Shown piece after piece: positions 31,474 to 42,924 of a DNA stretch of 58,900 nt (the stretch's first letter is position 1; the number at the start of each line of letters is the position of its first letter). The DNA comes from Elusimicrobiota bacterium. Its GTDB lineage: Bacteria; Elusimicrobiota; Elusimicrobia; UBA1565. A model generated the notes under the pieces. The model did not search any database. It was not told where the DNA came from and was given only the letters and a program-made list of their open reading frames with translations. A program made the translations under genes and the position numbers. The stretch is from assembly GCA_043819795.1 (NCBI GenBank), contig JBDREN010000219.1, forward strand, positions 1 to 58,900. The letters are read 5' to 3'.

Positions 31474-31507
31474 AAAGAAGCCCTCGCTCGGTAGCGAGGG
31501 CTTCTTT
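31474..31507. terminator. Bidirectional intrinsic terminator
   Basis: AAAGAAGCCCTCGCT-CGGT-AGCGAGGGCTTCTTT between convergent genes. Confidence 0.8.
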
Positions 31508-31560
31508 GCTGAGATTTGGCTCCCCGATCGGGAGTAATAACTGACGCCGGCTTCGGCTGA

Positions 31561-33822
<2,262 letters not shown>

Positions 33823-34046
33823 GGCTTCGCCTCGATTTTGATGGATAGACCGGATGTTTTAGAAAACAGAAGGCTGCTTGGGAGGGCAGGATCAGGGGGG
33901 GGCAGGATTTTGCGTATCACGGCATGAGTATATAATAAATGAAAGCCCGACGGGCGGCGGGGTTTCGACCTTTCCCCCGGATTCACCTCCAGCTAAATGT
34001 TGGTCTGGAAGCTGAAAACGGAGGGGAGAAGTGAACTTTCCAAGCA

Positions 34047-34078
34047 GAAACCCCGATAGATCGGTCTATCGGGGTTTC
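34047..34078. terminator. Hairpin preceding repeat copy 1
   Basis: GAAACCCCGATAGA-TCGG-TCTATCGGGGTTTC, 14-bp stem. Confidence 0.6.
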
Positions 34079-34096
34079 CGGAAACATCAAGATTTT

Positions 34097-34596
34097 CTCC
34101 CCTGGACGAACCTAGCGGGGAACCAATTATATGTTGAAAAAAGCGTCAGAACTCGTTTCCTGGCCTTGCCGGATCTGGAGAATGCGCCCCTGGGGGCGCG
34201 TCTTCGGTACCTCAGGCGGGCTCGGGGCCTCACACTCGAAGAGCTGGCCAAATCGTGCGGGATCGGCCTCAATACGCTCTCCCGACTAGAGCGGGGGGAA
34301 ACGCCTTTCAATCCAGCAGTCATCGGACGGATTCTCGCCTATTTTGGCTCCGAAGCCCGGAAGGTATTCCCTGAGGGGGGAAAAACCCCTACGACCAGTT
34401 GATTCCCAGCGAGGACTTCGGAACCTGGCTGCGAAACTTCCGCCTTCGGAGGGGGATGCGCCAAAAGGACCTATCCGACACCCTGGGGGTTCATAAGGTC
34501 ACGGTCTGCCGGTACGAGAGGAACGGCCTTAAGCCGGACATCCGCGTTCTGAGGCGACTGAGAAGGAAGTTTAAGCTGGGTTCTGAGGCGCGCTAA
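34097..34596 (+). repeat. att-like site + tandem XRE-HTH reading frame, copy 1 (frameshift in a homopolymer run near 34380)
   Basis: CTCCCCTGGACGAACCTAGCGGGGAAC, then LGARLRYLRRARGLTLEELA...FGTWLRNFRLRRGMRQKDL...GVHKVTVCRYE; possible GTG start at 34031. Confidence 0.9.
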
Positions 34597-34639
34597 AGGG
34601 GCGGCCAGTTCATAGATGGCAAGTGATACAATCTCACCT

Positions 34640-35788
34640 ATGAGACACCGTTTGCGAAACATGCGTTTCGACCTAGGCGAACTCTCAGGCTCACTCGGCG
34701 ATCTAGGTACTTTTATCCCGCTTGCCGTTTCGATGATAAGCGTCTGCGGCCTCGACGCCGGGACAGTCCTGGTGTTTGCCGGGCTCTTCAACGTTTTGAC
34801 GGGAATCGCATTCAATCAACCCGTCCCGGTCCAACCGATGAAGGCCATCGCGGCCGTGGCGATTGCTGAGCAACTTGCGCCCGGAGAGATCGCCGCCGCG
34901 GGCTTCGTGTCGGGCGCCGTCGTTCTGGTCCTCGGACTCAGCGGCCTGGTATGTTGGGCGGAGAGGATTATCCCCCGCCCTGTGGTGCGCGGCATCCAGC
35001 TAGGCGTGGGGCTCAAGCTCGCGGCAAAGGGAATAGGGATGGTACTTGGACTTGACTGGCTGAGCCTTGATGGCCGGCTTGTCGCTGCAGTCGCGGGGGG
35101 GATAGTCCTGGCAACGAGCCAACGGAAGCGATTTCCCGCCGCCCTCGTCATCTTCGTCGCCGGGCTGGTGATTTTCCTCATTGGCCGGACGGATGTTCTT
35201 CATGGGCTATCTTGGGGGTGGGATGGTCCGCGACTAGTCCTCCCTGATTTGGCCCAATGGAAGACCGGGATCCTCCAGGGGGCCTTGCCCCAAGTGCCGT
35301 TGACGCTGCTGAACTCGGTCATCGCGGTTTGTGCCCTGAGCTCCGATCTCTATCCCGGCAAGGGCATCGGAACGCGTCCCATGGCTGTGAGCGTCGGGCT
35401 TATGAACGTCGGTGCTTGCCTGTTCGGAGCGATGCCCGCTTGCCATGGCTCGGGCGGTCTCGCCGGCCAGCATCGCTTTGGCGCGCGTACGGGCGGCAGC
35501 GTGGTCATGTTGGGAATTGGGAAAATCCTCATCGGAACTGCCTTCGGCGGCGCCGCGATGATCGTTCTCGCGGCCTATCCTGCTTCCATCCTGGGGATAC
35601 TCCTCGTGTTCGCGGGCCTCGAACTTACTTTGCCGGCCAGGGATTGCGTCGAACGCAATGCCTTCTTTGTTGCGGCCGCGACCGCGGGCGGGATCCTTGC
35701 CTTTAACACCTGGCTCGGCTTCATCCTGGGGCTATTTGCCGCCGCCTTTGTCCTCCGAGGCAGTAAGGATTCTATCGCCTCAGAGTAG
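34640..35788 (+). CDS. MOT1-family molybdate/sulfate transporter
   Basis: ELSGSLGDLGTFIP, PVQPMKAIAA, MPACHGSGGLAGQHRFGARTG. Confidence 0.9.
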   Translation: MRHRLRNMRFDLGELSGSLGDLGTFIPLAVSMISVCGLDAGTVLVFAGLFNVLTGIAFNQPVPVQPMKAIAAVAIAEQLAPGEIAAAGFVSGAVVLVLGLSGLVCWAERIIPRPVVRGIQLGVGLKLAAKGIGMVLGLDWLSLDGRLVAAVAGGIVLATSQRKRFPAALVIFVAGLVIFLIGRTDVLHGLSWGWDGPRLVLPDLAQWKTGILQGALPQVPLTLLNSVIAVCALSSDLYPGKGIGTRPMAVSVGLMNVGACLFGAMPACHGSGGLAGQHRFGARTGGSVVMLGIGKILIGTAFGGAAMIVLAAYPASILGILLVFAGLELTLPARDCVERNAFFVAAATAGGILAFNTWLGFILGLFAAAFVLRGSKDSIASE

Positions 35789-35845
35789 ATTTCCCAACCG
35801 CCTGGCGAATAGGGAAAGTTCGAAACCCAAACGCCTGCCCCGGAA

Positions 35846-36097
35846 TTCGGCCCCGAGGCCGAAAAGGTTTTTCCCAAGGGCCAAGACCTCTACGACCACC
35901 TGATCCCTACGGAGAGCTTCGGGGACTGGCTGCGGAACTTCCGCCTTCGGAGGGGGATGCGCCAAAAGGACTTGGCCGACGCTCTCGGGGTTCACAAGGT
36001 CACGGTCTGCCGTTATGAGAGGAACGGCCTCAAGCCGGAAGTACGCATTCTGAAACGGCTCAAGCGCAAGTTCGAGCTGGGAGCCCCTCGTATCTAG
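35846..36097 (+). repeat. Partial XRE-HTH repeat copy (linker + second HTH only)
   Basis: FGPEAEKVFPKGQDLYDHLIPTESFGDWLRNFRLRRGMRQKDLADALGVHKVTVCRYERNGLKP. Confidence 0.9.
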
Positions 36098-36346
36098 CCG
36101 AGACTTCTTAACGAAGATAAAATCCTCCAAGCTTTCAAATACCGCGCTATATTCGTCTATTGCTCGAATATAGTCAAGAATTCGCCATCCGACGGGTTCT
36201 TTCTACAGCTTCAACGAGCCAACTTCCTTTTCTCTTCCTGTAAGTCTTCAATACGCTCCATTGGCGCGATAACCAACCCCAATTTCGGCATTCGCCCGAA
36301 TCGCGACACTTTGTCGCGCCCCCGGCACCTTCCCAGGCAGATCGTG

Positions 36347-36590
36347 TCATTCGACGATCTGCCAGTGCCCGCCCTTGTCCGGTCCGACACGGCGACGTAG
36401 TTTGCGTCGCTTTAGCGTTGATAGATTTTTCTCAACGGCCCGCGTGCTGATTCCCAGCTTCTTAGAGAGAACTGATATCGTAATCCGCTTGTCCCGTCGA
36501 ATGAGCCCGAGAATCTTGGCTCCGGTTTCTCCCAACTTTTCTCCCAACCTTTCTCCGAACCGCTCCGAACTCTTCTCCGAACCGCCTTGA
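36347..36590 (-). pseudogene. Orphan C-terminal winged-HTH fragment (Fic/RecG-C-like tail)
   Basis: GSEKSSERFGERLGEKLGE tetrapeptide repeats, ILGLIRRDKRITI..LGISTRAVEKNL..RVGPDKGGHW; no credible start. Confidence 0.7.
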
Positions 36591-36592
36591 CT

Positions 36593-36760
36593 CGGGGAAT
36601 GCGCCAGAAGGACCTCGCCGACGCCCTGAGAGTCCATAAGGTCACGATCTACCGCTACGAGAGGAATGGCCTCAAGTCGGACGCTCGCGTTCTGAGGCGG
36701 TTGAAAAGGAAGTTTGAGCTGGGAGCCGAACTGGATATCTTCTTTCGAAGCGAATCCTAA
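36593..36760 (+). repeat. Partial XRE-HTH repeat copy (second HTH only)
   Basis: RGMRQKDLADALRVHKVTIYRYERNGLKSDARVLRRLKRKFELGA. Confidence 0.88.
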
Positions 36761-37095
36761 GGTTTCGACTCGACGGCGGACAGACGTTTCTCGTGATCTT
36801 GGAGCTTGGCCTCATGCCCTTGCAGTTGATCGCCGTGGCTGAGCGCCTTGCGGTCGTAGGCCTCGGCCTTTCTCGCGAAAGCGTCGATCGCATTCATGAT
36901 GCGATCCACGTCGGCCTTCGTCGACATCGTTTCCTTGATCTGCCGGACATCAGCCTGAGTCTTGATCAGCTCAACGGCTACTCCTTCGATTTTCTTGTCA
37001 AGCTTGTTCTCAAGTCCGTTGAGCTTGATACCAAACTCATTTCCGAGCTTCTTCAAATCAGCCTTGGTGGCGGGAGCGCCGTCGTCGGACACCAT
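36757..37095 (-). CDS. Small coiled-coil hypothetical protein
   Basis: ATKADL and STKADV repeats, heptad pattern; TAAAAT 6 nt before ATG. Confidence 0.75.
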   Translation of the reverse strand: MVSDDGAPATKADLKKLGNEFGIKLNGLENKLDKKIEGVAVELIKTQADVRQIKETMSTKADVDRIMNAIDAFARKAEAYDRKALSHGDQLQGHEAKLQDHEKRLSAVESKP

Positions 37096-37165
37096 AAAGT
37101 CATTTTACATTGTCCCCCGAGGTTTGTGAAGGGCCCAAAGGCCCAAAGGCCCAAGCCAACAAGAC

Positions 37166-37199
37166 GAAAGAGCGATCCCCGAAAAAGGACCGCCCTTTC
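37166..37199 (-). terminator. Hairpin preceding repeat copy 2
   Basis: GAAAGAGCGATCC / GGACCGCCCTTTC; the two A-C mismatches become G-U pairs on the minus strand. Confidence 0.55.
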
Positions 37200-37220
37200 C
37201 TACATTATCGAGTCAAATTT

Positions 37221-37751
37221 CTCCCCTGGACGAACCTAACGGGGAACAAACTATCCGTCGAAAAAAGCGTCAGAACTCGTTTTCTGGCCCTCCCGAACCT
37301 CCGCGTAGCACCGCTCGGAACGCGTCTGCGCTACCTTAGAAAGCGCCGCGGCCTGACCCTGATGGAGCTGGCCCGGCGGACAGGCGTCAGCCACGGAGCG
37401 ATTTGCCGCTTAGAAAATGGGATGGTCCCGCTCGACCCGGCCCGCCTCGGCCGCATCCTGGCCTTTTTCGGCGACGACGCGCGGGAAGTGCTGCCCGACG
37501 GCGCCGACATCTACGACCACGTAATTCCCGTCAAGGACTTCGGGAGCTGGCTGCGCAACTTCCGGATGCGGAGGGGAATACCCCAAAAGAACCTGGCTGA
37601 AGCCCTGGGAGTCCACAAAGTCACGGTTTGCCGCTACGAGAAACACGGACTCAAGCCGGACGCTCGCATTCTGAAACGCCTCAGACGGCAGTTCAACCTG
37701 GGAGCCGGAGAGCCGCAGCCCAATCCACACAACTGTTATAATAGGAAATAG
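37221..37751 (+). repeat. att-like site + tandem XRE-HTH reading frame, copy 2
   Basis: CTCCCCTGGACGAACCTAACGGGGAAC; LPWTNLTGNKLSVEKSVRTRFLALP...LGTRLRYLRKRRGLT...GVHKVTVCRYE. Confidence 0.92.
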
Positions 37752-37753
37752 CC

Positions 37754-39178
37754 ATGGCCCGCAAACCCGGCATGGATGTCGCTCCGCTCCTGCGCCGAGG
37801 GGAGTCCGAGAAAGTCGAGTTCAAGGAGTCCTTCGGCCAAGCCGCCATTGAGACGATCTGCGCCTTCGCCAACGCCGCCGGCGGCACGTTGCTTATAGGC
37901 GTGACCGACAAGGGTATCCCCCGCGGCGTGCAGTCGGGCCCGGCGATACTTAAGGACTGGGCCAACCGGATCGCCCAAGGCACCGGCGTCCACCCTTCCA
38001 TCGTGACGCGACGGGAAAAGGGAAAACCGGTCGTCGTCATCCAGGTTCAGGAAAGCAAGATGAAGCCGGTCTTGTTCCACGGCCGGGCCTACAAGCGGGT
38101 AGGAAGCACGACCCGGCAGATGAGCCCCGAGGGACTGGCGCGCGTCGTCTTGGACGGCATGGGCGTCACCTGGGACGAGCTGCCGGAGACCCGCGCGCGC
38201 CTTAAAGACATCAGCGCCGCCAAGGTCAGGGAGTTCGTGCGGCTGGCCAACGAGACCGGCCGCAGGCCCATTCCGGGAAGAACGCCGGTCGCGGAGGTCC
38301 TTGAGAAGCTGAAGCTCGTCAAGGACGGCCATCCAGTCCGCGCGGCCGTCCTTTTATTCGGGAAAGACCCGAAGGGCTTCTATTCTCAGGCCTACATCAA
38401 GGCCGGCCGTTTCAGGTCCGACACCTTGATCGTGGACGACAGGGAGATCGAGGGCACGGTCTTCGAGCAGATCGACTCGGCCATGAATTATTTCCGCGAA
38501 CGCTTGATGACGCGATTTGAAAAGACGGAATACCCGCGGCGCAAGACGATCTGGGAATATCCTCTGAAGGCTCTGCGGGAGGCCGTCATCAACGCCGTCT
38601 GCCACCGGGACTACATCGGCACCGGTGCCGTCCAGATCCGCATCTATGACGACGAAACCTGGATTTGGAACCCCGGGAGCCTCCCCAAAGGGTGGTCGGT
38701 CGAAATGCTTAAGGAACCGCACCCTTCCAAGCCGAGGAACCGGCGCATCGCCGAGATTCTGTTTTATGCGGGCATCATTGAGGCTTGGGGCAGCGGGACC
38801 CGCGACATGATCCGTAGGGCCCTTGATCATGGGCTTTTAGAGCCGGTTTTCGATCAAGAACTGGACTTCAAGGTCGTTTTCAAGAAGTCGGCCAAAGTCA
38901 TTGCCCCCCATGATACCACCCATGTCACCACCCATGATACCACCCATGTCACCACCCATGTCGTCAAACTCCTAAGGGCCGCAGGGAAACCGCGCTCCCG
39001 GACGGAATTGCAAAAAATCTTGGGGCTCAGGAACCGCCGCTATTTTCAAAAGGTCTACTTGGCGCCGCTAGTAGAGGCGGGATGGTTGGCTATGACTCTA
39101 CCGGACAAGCCCCACAGCCGCAGGCAGCGCTACCGGACGACGTCCGCCGGCGCTAAACGACTAGAAACCGAGGAGTAA
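37754..39178 (+). CDS. Schlafen/AlbA_2 + HATPase-like (RecG-C) + winged-HTH protein
   Basis: GESEKVEFKE, CAFANAAGGTLLIGVTD, ALREAVINAVCHRDY, PRNRRIA, EAWGSG, PDKPHSRRQRY. Confidence 0.9.
   Translation: MARKPGMDVAPLLRRGESEKVEFKESFGQAAIETICAFANAAGGTLLIGVTDKGIPRGVQSGPAILKDWANRIAQGTGVHPSIVTRREKGKPVVVIQVQESKMKPVLFHGRAYKRVGSTTRQMSPEGLARVVLDGMGVTWDELPETRARLKDISAAKVREFVRLANETGRRPIPGRTPVAEVLEKLKLVKDGHPVRAAVLLFGKDPKGFYSQAYIKAGRFRSDTLIVDDREIEGTVFEQIDSAMNYFRERLMTRFEKTEYPRRKTIWEYPLKALREAVINAVCHRDYIGTGAVQIRIYDDETWIWNPGSLPKGWSVEMLKEPHPSKPRNRRIAEILFYAGIIEAWGSGTRDMIRRALDHGLLEPVFDQELDFKVVFKKSAKVIAPHDTTHVTTHDTTHVTTHVVKLLRAAGKPRSRTELQKILGLRNRRYFQKVYLAPLVEAGWLAMTLPDKPHSRRQRYRTTSAGAKRLETEE
38907..38962 (+). repeat. 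In-frame 12-bp tandem repeat (THDT/THVT)
   Basis: CCCATGATACCA and CCCATGTCACCA alternate, about 4.7 units. Confidence 0.9.
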
Positions 39179-39181
39179 GCA

Positions 39182-39463
39182 ATGAGACTGAAATTTGGAT
39201 TTGCCTCGTATCGGCCGGAACAATGGGAGCGCCTCCGTTCAATCTCGGAGGACAAGGACGATCTTGAAGACACTTACGACGAATGGCTGCCGGCCGCGCA
39301 AACCCGTTTCGAGGAGCTGAAGCGCTCCGGGACGGACATCGTGCAGGTCGAAGTGGATGTCGAAGATCTTGTCGGTTGGTGTCGAAGCCGAAACCTGAGT
39401 ATCAACGCCCAATCGCGCTCACAATTCGCCGCGCACAAACTGCGGGAACTGGACGCTGAATGA
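39182..39463 (+). CDS. Hypothetical protein (93 aa)
   Basis: GAGGAG SD, ATG; YRPEQWERL...DTYDEW...DVEDLVGWC...SRSQFA; coupled to next gene. Confidence 0.75.
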   Translation: MRLKFGFASYRPEQWERLRSISEDKDDLEDTYDEWLPAAQTRFEELKRSGTDIVQVEVDVEDLVGWCRSRNLSINAQSRSQFAAHKLRELDAE

Positions 39464-41169
39464 GGATTCTGCTCGTCGGATTGAGCTGTGTGGGCAAGAC
39501 GACGATCGGCCGGCTGCTCGGTGGTCGGCTCGGATGCCCTTTCTTCGATCTGGATGAGGAGGTCGAGCGGCATTTCGGCACTTCCATCCAGCGATTGCAG
39601 GCCCGATTTCTGACCGGCTATTCCTACCGGGCAGAGGTCGCCGTCGTCCTGCGGCGCATCACCGCCCAGAGCGGGAACTGCGTGATCGCGCTTCCCCCAA
39701 GCGGCCTCCGGGACGCCTTCTTGCGTGTGGTTCGCAAGCTGGATTGCGTGACGATCGCTCTCGGGGACGCGCCGGAAAACATTCTCGCAAGGGCGACATT
39801 TTACGATATCGACTCCAGGCCGGTCGAGAAGAGCCTCACGAGAGAGGAGAAAATCCACTGTCTGAACGATATCAAGCAGGATATCGCATATTTCAATCGC
39901 TCCTATCGACGGGCCGACCTTCACGTGAGCCTTGCCGGTCTCGATGCGGAAGCCGCCGCTGAGAGGATTGAAGTCCTGCTGGCGCGCCCAACTCCTCCAA
40001 GCCGGGCGCAAGCGGCGGCCGGCCTCGGCAAACTGCGGCCGCCGCGCTCCCGCAGGAGAACCAGGAGAGTGCGGAAGGATACGGGCGAGAGGATCTATCA
40101 GTTCAGGGTTTGGCTGGAGTGGGAAAGCGAAGTCTGGCGGACGGTCGAGCTCCGCGATAGGCAGACCTTGGGATATCTTCACCGCGCGATTCAAACGGCA
40201 TACGACTGGGGTAACGACCACCTGTACGCCTTCTTTTTGAGCGGCAAGTACTGGGACGAGAAAACGTGCTACGTCTCGGACCGTCAAATCGGGATCGAAG
40301 CCGAGGACGGCTTGGGCAGCGGGATGCGCCAGGCGGAATCCGCGCGATTGGACCGGCTTCGACTCCGGCGCGGCAAGCTCTTAGTCTACCTGCTCGATTA
40401 TGGCCGTAGGTGGCGGCACCGGATCAAGCTTCTGGAAATCGCCCCGGCTCAGGCGGGAGAAGACTATCCGCGGATTACGGAGGAATTCGGCGAGGCGCCT
40501 GAGCAATACCCGAACCTAGAAGAGAGCGGCGACCCGCGTCCGAGCGAGAGGGTTCTCCTGAGCCGGTTGGGCCCCGCGGCGCCCCTCGCCAAGAAGGCCA
40601 GGTTGGAGCTCAAGAACGCCGTCCTCCAGCAACCCTCGCGCGGACGGCTCCTGAGGGCATACCGGCTGACGACGGAGTTGTCGGCCGTCTGCGGTAAACA
40701 CAAGGGCATGACCGGCCTCCTCGACGAGTTCCTGCGGGACAGGCTTCGAGCATGGTTGGGCAAACTCCAAAAGAACCTAGCAGATGAGGGCTTGATCGAA
40801 GAGGCATCCTCCATCGGTCCCGCTTGGCCCTTTCTTGGTACGGCAGGGATGCTTTTAACGGGCAGGGCCCAAATCCTTGCCGATGCCGGATGGGTCCAGG
40901 AAGCCCGCCGGCAGGTCCGCGAGATAGAGGAGAAGTTCGCTGGAGATTGGGCGCCTCGCGTCCTATCCGGCAAGGCCCTCGAAGCCTTCGGGGATCTTGC
41001 CGCCGCCGAGGCGCTTTATCGCCGATGCCTCAAGGACCTGGAGACCGCGAAGGAGGTGCGAAACCGCCGCTACTATCGCCACGCCACGCTGCGGAGCCTT
41101 ATCTCCGTGCGTAGGCGGCTCGGCAAGAAGGCAGAGGCCGGAGCCTTGCAGGCTTCCGCATCCCCGTGA
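39460..41169 (+). CDS. Fusion: shikimate-kinase-like P-loop + pRiA4b ORF-3-like domain + TPR-like C-terminus
   Basis: ILLVGLSCVGKTTIG..FFDLD; VWRTVEL..TLGYLHRAIQTAYDWGNDHLYAF..YLLDYGRRWRH; GDLAAAEALYRRCL. Confidence 0.8.
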   Translation: MRILLVGLSCVGKTTIGRLLGGRLGCPFFDLDEEVERHFGTSIQRLQARFLTGYSYRAEVAVVLRRITAQSGNCVIALPPSGLRDAFLRVVRKLDCVTIALGDAPENILARATFYDIDSRPVEKSLTREEKIHCLNDIKQDIAYFNRSYRRADLHVSLAGLDAEAAAERIEVLLARPTPPSRAQAAAGLGKLRPPRSRRRTRRVRKDTGERIYQFRVWLEWESEVWRTVELRDRQTLGYLHRAIQTAYDWGNDHLYAFFLSGKYWDEKTCYVSDRQIGIEAEDGLGSGMRQAESARLDRLRLRRGKLLVYLLDYGRRWRHRIKLLEIAPAQAGEDYPRITEEFGEAPEQYPNLEESGDPRPSERVLLSRLGPAAPLAKKARLELKNAVLQQPSRGRLLRAYRLTTELSAVCGKHKGMTGLLDEFLRDRLRAWLGKLQKNLADEGLIEEASSIGPAWPFLGTAGMLLTGRAQILADAGWVQEARRQVREIEEKFAGDWAPRVLSGKALEAFGDLAAAEALYRRCLKDLETAKEVRNRRYYRHATLRSLISVRRRLGKKAEAGALQASASP

Positions 41170-41480
41170 AGCCGGAAGGTCAAAAGCGCCTCACGAAAAA
41201 GGAGAAGAGCCACTACCTAAACGAGATCAAGAAAGATATTACGTTTTTCAAGAAAACCTACCGGCGGGCCGATCTCCAGGCGGACATCACCGGTCTCGAC
41301 GCAGAGGCCGGCGCGGAGATGCTTGAAGGGCTGTTGGCCCGCCAGGGGCCGCCGGCCCCGGCCGGTCGTGAGCGGCAGGCGGTCCGGACGGGATTGGGCG
41401 AGGAGTCGGCGGGATCCGGCCGTGCGTCCGCCGAGGCCCGTATCGACTGGAGCCGGCGCCGGGCAGCTGAAAGTCGCTGA
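41166..41480 (+). pseudogene. Fragment paralogous to the kinase C-terminus of 39460..41169
   Basis: KRLTKKEKSHYLNEIKKDITFFKKTYRRADLQADITGLDAE vs KSLTREEKIHCLNDIKQDIAYFNRSYRRADLHVSLAGLDAE. Confidence 0.75.
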
Positions 41481-41551
41481 AGGCAAATGAAACGATCTTA
41501 TCCGGCAGAGAAAAGGAAGGTTTCGCCGTAGACCCGGCACAAGACTGTCCC

Positions 41552-42139
41552 ATGCCCGTGACTTACCGGAATCGTAAGAGGTACCTGTACTACCTGCGGC
41601 GCAAAGCCGCGAAGAACGGCAAGCAACGGTATTTCTTTTCCCGAAAACCCATCGGCGATCCCGTAGAGGAAATTCCCGCAGGCTTCGAGATTGTTGAGAG
41701 CGTCAACGCAGTGGTCTCACTGCGCAAGATCGCCGCCCCGGTCATCCCGGCCGCTGAGATTGGAAAGGTCGAGTCCGTTCTAAAGCTCTACCGGCATCTC
41801 GAGTACTACAAAGCAGAGGCCCGGAAGAGGGATATCGTCGTCTATGAACGGTTGGGCGCTTTGAGCAGAGCCTTCCTCAGCGGATTGAGTGGGCGGCCGC
41901 ACGGACCGGTTTCCGAGTTGGAGAGCCGGCCCCTAGATCCGGGAAAGAACGCCCGCTATGAGCCCGTGATGCGCTTTCGCCTGGTGGATGCGAAAGCGAG
42001 AACCTACACGGTTGAGCGGATGTGCTATCGCTCGAGCGTGGACGGATGGCTTTCGCTGCATGATCTAGGCCCGCTTTCGGCCCTGGCGAAACGCTATCTT
42101 CCCCACCTTGGAAGGGAATCCTTCTTCGAGCTCTGCTAA
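41552..42139 (+). CDS. Hypothetical protein (195 aa)
   Basis: MPVTYRNRKRYLYYL..GKQRYFFS..IPAGFEIVES..YEPVMRF..LPHLGRESFFEL; protein-like composition. Confidence 0.75.
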   Translation: MPVTYRNRKRYLYYLRRKAAKNGKQRYFFSRKPIGDPVEEIPAGFEIVESVNAVVSLRKIAAPVIPAAEIGKVESVLKLYRHLEYYKAEARKRDIVVYERLGALSRAFLSGLSGRPHGPVSELESRPLDPGKNARYEPVMRFRLVDAKARTYTVERMCYRSSVDGWLSLHDLGPLSALAKRYLPHLGRESFFELC

Positions 42140-42158
42140 GGACGCGGAAAAACCTCCT

Positions 42159-42524
42159 ATGGGACATCGGTGTAGAATCTGCGGAAGAAATCGGCCGAAT
42201 GAGAAATTCTCGGGGATCGGCCACAGAAGTCACCTCTGCAAGACTTGCTCCAAACTGCCGGCGGAGGATAGAAATGCGGTCGATCAAGAGAACGAGATCT
42301 TCGGGTATCTCAAGCAGTCAAACATCTCTGGAAGAAATCTCCAACGGCTCAAGAAGCTCTCTACCTCATCCGACGGCAAGAGCGCGGAACTGGCCGCCAT
42401 TGTCCTCGAAATCGGTTCCGTAAAGCCCCACAAGCGAAGGCGTCTAAAGTTCCTGGCAAGGAACCGCCGGGACCTGCTGGTTAAACTCAAAGAGACAGGC
42501 TTGATTTTCGCTCATCAATATTGA
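42159..42524 (+). CDS. Hypothetical protein with N-terminal Cys/His cluster
   Basis: GHRCRICGRNRPNEKFSGIGHRSHLCKTC; QSNISGRN; KPHKRRRLKFL. Confidence 0.75.
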   Translation: MGHRCRICGRNRPNEKFSGIGHRSHLCKTCSKLPAEDRNAVDQENEIFGYLKQSNISGRNLQRLKKLSTSSDGKSAELAAIVLEIGSVKPHKRRRLKFLARNRRDLLVKLKETGLIFAHQY

Positions 42525-42529
42525 GACCC

Positions 42530-42763
42530 ATGAAGTTCACGAAGAAGCAGGGACAGTACTTGGCTTTCATCTACAACTACACGAAGATAAACGGCCATCC
42601 TCCGGCGCAACGAGATATGCAGTATTATTTCCGAGTGACTCCGCCCTCGGTTCATCGGATGGTTCTTGCCCTGGAGGAGGGGGGCCTGATCAGAAGGGAG
42701 CCTGGTGCGCCCAGATCGATTTGGGTGCTTGTTTCTCCGGAGGAGTTGCCGTACTTGGAATGA
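42530..42763 (+). CDS. Stand-alone LexA-type winged-HTH DNA-binding protein
   Basis: FTKKQGQYLAFI..GHPPAQRDM..FRVTPPSVHRMVLALEEGGLIRREPGAPRSI; no peptidase domain. Confidence 0.85.
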   Translation: MKFTKKQGQYLAFIYNYTKINGHPPAQRDMQYYFRVTPPSVHRMVLALEEGGLIRREPGAPRSIWVLVSPEELPYLE

Positions 42764-42869
42764 CCTGCCGCTTCAAAGTCAATGTGCGAAAAAGGGGGGG
42801 CAGGCTGGATTCGAACCGAAGACGCAATACAAGCTGCCTTTCGCGCTCGACCAGACGATCGATACGAAA

Positions 42870-42909
42870 TCAAAAAGGCATTTCTTCCGAAAAAGAAATG
42901 CCTTTTTGA
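42870..42909. terminator. Hairpin preceding repeat copy 3
   Basis: TCAAAAAGGCATTTCTT-CCGAAA-AAGAAATGCCTTTTTGA, perfect 17-bp stem. Confidence 0.75.
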
Positions 42910-42924
42910 CTACCGCGTACAAAG

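Noticed and set aside
37131..37154. GGCCCAAA x3 microrepeat
   Set aside because: Short, with no evident coding or regulatory consequence
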